This document shows positions 57,674-64,000 of a DNA stretch of 64,000 bases, piece by piece; position 1 is the first letter of the stretch; each line of letters starts with the position of its first letter. The notes under the pieces were generated by a model. The model had not been told where the DNA came from, made no database searches, and worked only from the letters and a program-made list of their open reading frames with translations. Both the position numbers and the translations under genes were made by a program. The stretch is from Lysobacterales bacterium (lineage in GTDB: Bacteria; Pseudomonadota; Gammaproteobacteria; Xanthomonadales; SZUA-5). The DNA lies in NCBI GenBank assembly GCA_022841325.1, contig JALHRS010000008.1, positions 6,890-70,889 on the forward strand. The letters are read 5' to 3'.

Positions 57674-59881
57674 ATGATTCGCCCGTTGATTGCGCTGATG
57701 CTGCTCGCCCTGAGCCTGGCAGCAGGTGCCGCCGATACCGCTCCCCGGTGCATAGGCCTGGTGCTCGGCGGTGGTGGCGCCCGTGGCGCCGCCCATATCG
57801 GCGTGCTCAAGGTGCTTGAGCGCGAGCGCATCCCGGTTTGCCGCATCGCCGGTACCAGCATGGGCTCCATCGTCGGTGGTTTGTATGCCTCGGGATACTC
57901 GCCGGGCGAAATCGAGGCGATTCTGAGCACGGTGAACTGGAAGGATGTGCTCAACGACGATCCGCCGCGCACCGATTTCCCGATGCGCCGCAAGAACGAC
58001 ACGCTGCGCTACCTGCTCGACTACCGTTTTGGCTTGCGCGACGGTGCCATCCAGCTGCCGCGCGGCGTGATCCAGGGACAGAAGCTGCTGCTGCTGCTGC
58101 GACGGCTGACCTTGCACACCTGGCGCACGCCGAACTTCGATGCGTTACCGATCCCGTTCCGCGCGGTGGCTACCGATATCGTCAGCGGCGAGCAGGTGCT
58201 GTTCAGGGAGGGTGATCTGGCGCTGGCGATACGCTCCAGCATGTCGGTGCCTGCGGCCTTTGCGCCGATTCGGGTGGACGGTCGGCTGTTGGTGGATGGC
58301 GGCATCGTCAACAACGTACCGGTCGATATCGCCCGTTCCATGGGCGCCGACCGCCTGATCGTGGTCGATGTGGGCGCGCCGCTGGCCAGCGACGACAGCC
58401 TCAATTCACCGTTCGCCATCACCATGCAGATGCTGGATGTGCTGATGAAACGGCGCACGGAGGAAGTGCTGGCGACCATGGCGCCCGAGGACATCAAGAT
58501 CCTGCCGCAGCTCGGCAACATGAGCAGTGCGGCCTTCGATGATGCGGCGATGGCGATTCCGCTGGGCGAGGCGGCGGCCGAAGCGCAACTGGCAAGGCTG
58601 CGCGAATGGTCGGTGTCCGAAGATCAATACCAGCAATACCAGTCAGCCCATCGCCGGGTCGAATTCGATCCGCCGCTGCTGAGTTTTCTCGACGTGGTCA
58701 AGGATCGCAGCAAGACCGCAGGCTATGTCGAACGCGCGCTCGACGGTTTTGTCGGTGAACCGCTGGACGTGGCAACCCTGGAACAGGCCATCGGCCGTGC
58801 CTACGGACTCAACAACTACGAGCGCATCACCTGGAATCCGGTTGTCCGTGGGGACGAGGTTGGCGTGGACGTGACCCCGGTAGACAAGGGCTGGGGACCG
58901 AATTTCATGACCTTCGGGCTGCAGATCAGCGACGATTTCCAGGGCGACAACGACTACCAGCTCGGCATCGAATACACGATGACTGGCCTCAATCGCTACG
59001 GTGGTGAATGGCGCTCGCGCGGCGAGATCGGGCGCATCACCGGGCTGCGCACCGAGTTCTTTCAGCCGGCCGGAAACAGCGGGCAGTACTTTGTCTTTCC
59101 CTACGTCGAATACCGCGCCTACGATCAGCCCCTGCGGGTGGGCAATGCGGTGCCGTCCGAGTTCCGGGTGCGGCGTGGCGCCATCGGTTTCGACGCCGGC
59201 TACGAGATCGACAACGCCACGCGGGTGTACGCCGGACTGGTTCGCGGCTACGACAACGCCACGGTCAGTGTCGGTGACGGCAGCATGATTCCGGGCTTGT
59301 CCACGGTCAGTAATCTGGGGCGGCTCGGCCTGGTCCGCGATACCCTCGATGATGCCAGTTTCCCCAGATCCGGCGGACGCGGCGAGTTGCTGTTGCTCGC
59401 GGATGTTCCGGGTCTGGGATCCGCTGGTGATGGCCAGATCATGGATGTCAGCTGGGATCACGCCATCAGTTCCGGTGCTAGCCGCTTCCTGCTCGGCGCA
59501 CGCCTGCACGCCAGCTGGGGACGCCCCAATGCCTTCAACGCCTTGTCGCCGCTGGGGGGGTTCACCAACCTGTCCGGATATGCCGAACGTGAGCTTCTGG
59601 GGGAGCAGAGCGCCCTGTTCCGCGGGATCTACTACCGTCGACTGGGTGACGAGGGCAGGTTGTTCTCGGTGCCGGCCTATGTCGGCGCCAGCCTGGAAGC
59701 CGGCAATGTCTATCGCGAACGCAGTCAGCTGGTCAGCCTGGACAACCTGATCCTTGCCGGCAGCGTGTTTGTCGGCATCGATTCGCCCTTCGGGCCGATC
59801 TTCCTCGGCTATGGCCGCGCCGACACCGGCGCCTCTTCGGTGTATCTCAACTTCGGCACCTTGTTGCGGCCGCGCTTGTAG
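57674..59881 (+). CDS. Patatin-like phospholipase with POTRA and beta-barrel (PlpD/type Vd-like)
   Basis: Signal peptide; GGGGARG, GTSMG, DGG motifs; C-terminal amphipathic beta-strands ending VYLNFG. Confidence 0.9.
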   Translation: MIRPLIALMLLALSLAAGAADTAPRCIGLVLGGGGARGAAHIGVLKVLERERIPVCRIAGTSMGSIVGGLYASGYSPGEIEAILSTVNWKDVLNDDPPRTDFPMRRKNDTLRYLLDYRFGLRDGAIQLPRGVIQGQKLLLLLRRLTLHTWRTPNFDALPIPFRAVATDIVSGEQVLFREGDLALAIRSSMSVPAAFAPIRVDGRLLVDGGIVNNVPVDIARSMGADRLIVVDVGAPLASDDSLNSPFAITMQMLDVLMKRRTEEVLATMAPEDIKILPQLGNMSSAAFDDAAMAIPLGEAAAEAQLARLREWSVSEDQYQQYQSAHRRVEFDPPLLSFLDVVKDRSKTAGYVERALDGFVGEPLDVATLEQAIGRAYGLNNYERITWNPVVRGDEVGVDVTPVDKGWGPNFMTFGLQISDDFQGDNDYQLGIEYTMTGLNRYGGEWRSRGEIGRITGLRTEFFQPAGNSGQYFVFPYVEYRAYDQPLRVGNAVPSEFRVRRGAIGFDAGYEIDNATRVYAGLVRGYDNATVSVGDGSMIPGLSTVSNLGRLGLVRDTLDDASFPRSGGRGELLLLADVPGLGSAGDGQIMDVSWDHAISSGASRFLLGARLHASWGRPNAFNALSPLGGFTNLSGYAERELLGEQSALFRGIYYRRLGDEGRLFSVPAYVGASLEAGNVYRERSQLVSLDNLILAGSVFVGIDSPFGPIFLGYGRADTGASSVYLNFGTLLRPRL

Positions 59882-59909
59882 CCGGTTGCGAGGGCAGGTT
59901 GGGCCACTT

Positions 59910-59933
59910 GTGGGAGCGGCCTGTGGCCGCGAT
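59910..59933. repeat. Single GTGG-type REP-like palindrome
   Basis: GTGGGAGCGGCC-TGT-GGCCGCGAT just after the patatin stop. Confidence 0.5.
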
Positions 59934-60146
59934 CGCTGCTGGCAGGGTGCGAAGGGACAGGCACTTGTCCGCAAACGACGCAGAGGAAAGCAAGTTTTCG
60001 ATCAGAGCATTGCGGCCGCTGACGCATTGCCAGGCCTCATCCTGGCGTCCTTGAGGGACCAGATGCTGATTGTTCGCGGGGCGGGCTACCTGACGCCTGC
60101 CGCCACCACGCAGGCCATGCCGCCGCGCCATCGGATTGTGTGAGAT

Positions 60147-60160
60147 TTGAGCCATGTCAA
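60147..60160 (+). promoter_or_regulatory. Possible FNR/DNR-family binding site upstream of the nqr-like operon
   Basis: TTGAG-CCAT-GTCAA, 8/10 match to TTGAT-N4-ATCAA. Confidence 0.4.
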
Positions 60161-60226
60161 CATCGTGATCAGCGATGGATGCTCATATGTCGAGGTGGAC
60201 ACTCGGGGATTCAGGGTGCGACCAAA

Positions 60227-61045
60227 TTGAAAAACCTGGCTGACACCCAGACAGCAGGAGTTGGCTGCGACTTGGCCGGCCGTGATGAGAAGATGACTGT
60301 GCTGGCGCTGCTGCCGCCGCTGATCGTGCGTCTTTACGGCGATGGCACGGAAGCCGCAATTCAGCGCACTTTGATGCTCTTGTTGGCGATAGCCATCGCA
60401 TATTTCTGGGCAGCTCTGTTTGCCCGCCCGCTAGCGCGTTCCACGGGCTGGGATCTGTTGGCCATTGCGATGATCTTCGTGGTCATGCTACCCGGGCCGG
60501 TGGCTTGGGGTGCCGCTGCCCTTGCCCTCAGTTTTGGTGCTGTTTTCGGGCGCGAGATTTTCGGTGGTCGGCCGATACTACCTCCGGCGCTGATAGGCCT
60601 TGCGTTCGCGATTTTCTCCTTTCCTGAGGGCGGGTTCGAGGCGCGCGGCATCCTCGCGCAATCACCCGATCTGCTGCTGGCGGCGTCGTGTCTGCCTGGC
60701 GCTGTGATCTTGATGGTCAGAGGCGCTCTGGTCTGGCAGGTCGCCGCCGGGGCCGTGGCAGGTCTGGCCGCAGTCGCGCTGACGATGGGCGTTCCCCAGT
60801 GGTGGTGGCAGCCGGGTCTGGGCGCTTTCGTTGCTGCGGTACTGTTTCTCGCTGCGGCGCCTGAAAGTGCAGCCGGTGGGGCAGGCGCCCGGTGGCTGCA
60901 CGGCTTGCTGGTGGGCGGACTGACCGCGCTTATCCGTGCCGCTGACCCCAACCAGCCAGACGGCGTGGTGTTTGCGGTCCTGCTGGGGGCGCTATTCGCC
61001 CCGCTGTTGGGCCGCGCCCTGCAATGGCGCATCCGCCATGACTAG
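60227..61045 (+). CDS. nqrB: Shortened NqrB/RnfD-family membrane subunit
   Basis: LALLPP, SFGAVFGREIFGG...PALIGLAF..FSFP, W.HG.LVG, IR..P..DGVVFAVLLG.LFAPL. About 250-270 aa; start uncertain (TTG 60227 or ATG 60293). Confidence 0.78.
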   Translation: MKNLADTQTAGVGCDLAGRDEKMTVLALLPPLIVRLYGDGTEAAIQRTLMLLLAIAIAYFWAALFARPLARSTGWDLLAIAMIFVVMLPGPVAWGAAALALSFGAVFGREIFGGRPILPPALIGLAFAIFSFPEGGFEARGILAQSPDLLLAASCLPGAVILMVRGALVWQVAAGAVAGLAAVALTMGVPQWWWQPGLGAFVAAVLFLAAAPESAAGGAGARWLHGLLVGGLTALIRAADPNQPDGVVFAVLLGALFAPLLGRALQWRIRHD

Positions 61046-61778
61046 GTCTAATCCACTCTGGTGGTGGAAGCGCTTCCTGGCCCTGCCAAACGAGCATCTG
61101 GGCAAGACGCTCGGCGTTGCTTTCCTGGTGGCTTTTTTTTGCTCTGTACTGGTTTCGGCGACAGCAGTCATGCTGAAGCCACTGCATGAAGCCAACCGAC
61201 TGGGGCACGGTGCGGCGCATATTCGAGCCATCGTGGAGGGTTTGGGCGAGAAGTCTCCATCCCTGCGCCTGGTTGATCTTGCAACGGGTGAATACGTCGA
61301 GTCCGACCCGAACACGAGCACTGAATTACCGCGCGACCGTGACATCGCCCGTTTGGGCAGCCGCGAGGACGTGGCGACAGTCTTCGAGTTGCGCGAAGGT
61401 GGCGAGCTCAGATTGGTGATCCTTCCGGTTCGCGGATCTGGCTACCAATCCACGCTCAAGGGCTATCTGGCACTCAAGGCCGACCTGAACACCGTTGCTG
61501 CGCTGACCTTCCATGAACATGACGAGACACCCGGCCTGGGCTCGCGTATCGACGAGGACGCCTGGAAAGCGCTTTGGCCGGGAAAACAGCTGAGCGATGC
61601 GTCTGGCACTATCCAGATAGCGGTGGTCAAGGGCGCCAGCGAGGGTGTCCATGAGGTGGATGGTATCTCGGGTGCGACCCGAACTGGCACCGGCATTACC
61701 CGACTGATGCGCTTCTGGCTCGGTCCCGACGGATACGGGCCTTATCTGGCGCGCTTGCGAGCAGAGGCCGGCCAATGA
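61038..61778 (+). CDS. nqrC: NqrC, FMN-binding periplasmic subunit
   Basis: [30 protein letters not shown], flavinylation motif [18 protein letters not shown]. Confidence 0.93.
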   Translation: MTRSNPLWWWKRFLALPNEHLGKTLGVAFLVAFFCSVLVSATAVMLKPLHEANRLGHGAAHIRAIVEGLGEKSPSLRLVDLATGEYVESDPNTSTELPRDRDIARLGSREDVATVFELREGGELRLVILPVRGSGYQSTLKGYLALKADLNTVAALTFHEHDETPGLGSRIDEDAWKALWPGKQLSDASGTIQIAVVKGASEGVHEVDGISGATRTGTGITRLMRFWLGPDGYGPYLARLRAEAGQ

Positions 61779-62425
61779 CCATCCGCAGCCGGACCCTGAT
61801 TGCCCCGATCCTGGTCAACAACCCGGTGACGCTCCAGGTGCTGGGAATCTGCTCGGCACTGGCCGTGACCACCAGCGTTGCCACCGCATTGGTCATGAGC
61901 GCCGCGCTGATCGTTGTACTTGCCATCTCCAGTTGCACGATCAGCTTGATTCGCAAGCACATCCCGCGTTCGATCCGGCTGATCGTGCAGATCACGATCA
62001 TTGCCTCGCTGGTCATTGTCGTGGATCAGTTGCTGCAGGCTTACCTGTTCTCGATCAGCAAGCGCTTGAGCGTGTTCGTCAGCCTGATCGTCACCAACTG
62101 CATCGTGCTCGGTCGTGCGGAGAGTTTCGCCATGCGCAACCCGCCGCTGCCCAGTCTCCTTGATGGCCTCGGAAACGGCCTTGGTTACGCGCTCATTCTG
62201 GTGGTCATCGCCACCGTGCGCGAGCTGCTCGGCGCGGGGACTCTGATGGGCGTGACCATCCTGCGGACCGAAGCGGACGGTGGCTGGTTCACCCCCCTGG
62301 GCCTGATGGCCTTGCCGGCGAGCGCCTTCTTCCTGCTCGGCCTGCTGGTCTGGGCGGTGCGAACGATCCGGCCGGAACAGGCGGAGCCGATCCAGCAACC
62401 GACGGACATTGAGGTTCGACAATGA
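61775..62425 (+). CDS. nqrD: NqrD
   Basis: [51 protein letters not shown]. Confidence 0.95.
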   Translation: MTIRSRTLIAPILVNNPVTLQVLGICSALAVTTSVATALVMSAALIVVLAISSCTISLIRKHIPRSIRLIVQITIIASLVIVVDQLLQAYLFSISKRLSVFVSLIVTNCIVLGRAESFAMRNPPLPSLLDGLGNGLGYALILVVIATVRELLGAGTLMGVTILRTEADGGWFTPLGLMALPASAFFLLGLLVWAVRTIRPEQAEPIQQPTDIEVRQ

Positions 62426-63024
62426 CCGAACTGCTGCTCCGTGCCATCTTCGCCGACAACCTGGCGCTCGCCTATTTCCTCGGCATGTGTACCTTCCTTG
62501 CCGTATCGCGCCGACTTGAAACCGCGTTCGGCCTGGGTCTGGCGATGATGGTGGTTCAGACCATCACCGTGCCCGTCAACAACCTCCTGTTTTCCGGACT
62601 GCTGAAACCCGGCGCGCTGGCATGGCTGGGCCTCGGTGACGTGGACTTGAGCTTCCTGATGCTGATCGCCTCGATTGGCGTCATTGCGGCCACGGTGCAG
62701 ATTCTCGAGATGGTGCTCGATCGCCACTTTGGGGCGTTGTACCGCGCGCTCGGTGTCTATCTGCCGTTGATCACGGTCAATTGCGCCATTCTTGGCGCCA
62801 GCCTGTTCATGGTCGAGCGGCTCTATGGGTTCACCGAGAGCGTTGTCTACGGCTTTGGTTCAGGCCTCGGCTGGGCGCTCGCCATTTGGGCACTCGCCGG
62901 CCTGCGTGAGCGCGTCGACGAGAGCCGCGTACCCAAGGGCCTGCGCGGGCTCGGCATCGCGTTCATCCTGACCGGCTTCATGTCGATGGGATTTTCCGTC
63001 TTTGGCGGGTTGAAATTCGGATGA
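62422..63024 (+). CDS. nqrE: NqrE
   Basis: [41 protein letters not shown]. Confidence 0.95.
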   Translation: MTELLLRAIFADNLALAYFLGMCTFLAVSRRLETAFGLGLAMMVVQTITVPVNNLLFSGLLKPGALAWLGLGDVDLSFLMLIASIGVIAATVQILEMVLDRHFGALYRALGVYLPLITVNCAILGASLFMVERLYGFTESVVYGFGSGLGWALAIWALAGLRERVDESRVPKGLRGLGIAFILTGFMSMGFSVFGGLKFG

Positions 63025-64000
63025 TGGAAATCGTCTTCGGCAGCGGCGTGTTCACCGGGCTGATCATGGTCCTGACGCTGGTCGTATTGGGCGCGCGGTT
63101 GCTGCTGATGCCCCGTGGCTTTGCGCGCGTCACCGTGAATCACGAAAAGGTCATTGACGCGAAGCTCGGCGATAAATTGCTGAGCGCACTGGATCATGGT
63201 GGCGTGCATTTGCCCACCAGTTGCGGTGGCGTTGGTACCTGTGGTTTGTGCCGCGTGACCGTTGCTGATAACGCCGATGTTTCGGCAGCGACGCGGGCGG
63301 TAGTGCACGCGACTGATCTCGACAACGGCATTCGCCTTGCCTGTCAGTTGCTGGTCCGCGGCGATATGGCGATTACCGTGGCGCCTGAATTGTTGGCGGT
63401 CGAAACCTGGGCCTGCACCGTCGTCCGGACCCAATCCGTCGCACCACTGATCAGGGAGATCGAACTCGCGTTGCCGGCAGGGCAGGCGCGGCATTTTCGG
63501 GCCGGTTCCTATGTGCAGATCACGGCGCCGCCGTTCCAACTGCCGTTCACCGAGATTTCCGTCGCCCCCGAGTTCGAGAAGTCCTGGATGCGTCTGGACC
63601 TGAGAAAGTTCGCGGCGCGTTCCGAGCTGGCTGTTGCACGAGCCTACTCCCTGGCCAACCGCCCCGAGCAAACCCATTCGCTGCTATTGAACATCCGCCT
63701 CGCGCTACCCCCTGCCAGCAAACCGGATGCCCCACCCGGTGTGGTGTCCTCCTACCTGTTCGGGCTCAAGGTGGGTGACGCGGTCACCGCGACTGGCCCC
63801 TTCGGCGATTTCTTCGTGATGGACAGCGACCGCGAAATCGTCTTCATCGGCGGTGGTGTCGGCATGGCGCCGCTGCGCGCTCATGTGTTCGATCAACTCG
63901 AGCACCGCAGGTCTACCCGCAAGATCAGCTTCTGGTATGGCGCGCGTGCGCGCATCGATCTCTATTACTTCGATGATATGCAGCGACTCGAACAGGATCA
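63021..64000 (+). CDS. nqrF: NqrF NADH-oxidising subunit (truncated by the window end)
   Basis: Not in the ORF track. Manual translation: N-terminal [12 protein letters not shown]...RLACQ 2Fe-2S motif, [46 protein letters not shown]. Confidence 0.95.
   Translation, partial: MMEIVFGSGVFTGLIMVLTLVVLGARLLLMPRGFARVTVNHEKVIDAKLGDKLLSALDHGGVHLPTSCGGVGTCGLCRVTVADNADVSAATRAVVHATDLDNGIRLACQLLVRGDMAITVAPELLAVETWACTVVRTQSVAPLIREIELALPAGQARHFRAGSYVQITAPPFQLPFTEISVAPEFEKSWMRLDLRKFAARSELAVARAYSLANRPEQTHSLLLNIRLALPPASKPDAPPGVVSSYLFGLKVGDAVTATGPFGDFFVMDSDREIVFIGGGVGMAPLRAHVFDQLEHRRSTRKISFWYGARARIDLYYFDDMQRLEQD

Overview
GC-rich gammaproteobacterial chromosomal segment, most likely Xanthomonadales (Ahniella/Aquimonas/Dokdonella-like). 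This is inferred from the aroK-aroB-WGR-hemE and bioA/nudE/cysQ/mazG neighbourhoods and a C-terminal D-x-x-F-x-N-G-F-E tail. In order, it contains: partial bioA; a partial type II secretion operon gspGHIJK-LMN interrupted by a 237-bp MITE and coupled to an IMPase/HisN-like gene; nudE-cysQ-mazG; a methylcrotonyl-CoA carboxylase beta subunit and a thiolase; two tandem giant beta-propeller/PAS histidine kinases; an EamA transporter; a secreted GH44; a PiT transporter and a phytase; a DUF1566 protein; a tripartite RND pump; two SLC13/DASS permeases; a Ser/Thr kinase-TPR; a divergent pair of TPR-bearing glycosyltransferases (GT-C, and GT2 fused to a COLGALT/PLOD-like domain); hemE, SPOR, WGR, aroB and aroK; exosortase H; an SDR; pdxH; BtuF-like and RpfE-like genes; a crotonase; a PlpD-type patatin; and an atypical nqrBCDEF operon running off the right end. 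That operon has no nqrA, and its NqrB lacks the FMN loop and the Na+-related acidic residues. Intergenic spaces carry several REP/REPIN families (GTAG, GGAG, CGTC) and heptamer microsatellites. No rRNA, tRNA, CRISPR array or transposase gene was seen. The top leads are the degenerate NQR module, the glycosyltransferase pair, the MITE in the T2SS operon and two apparent ATC-initiated genes. All calls come from reading motifs by eye; no database search was run.
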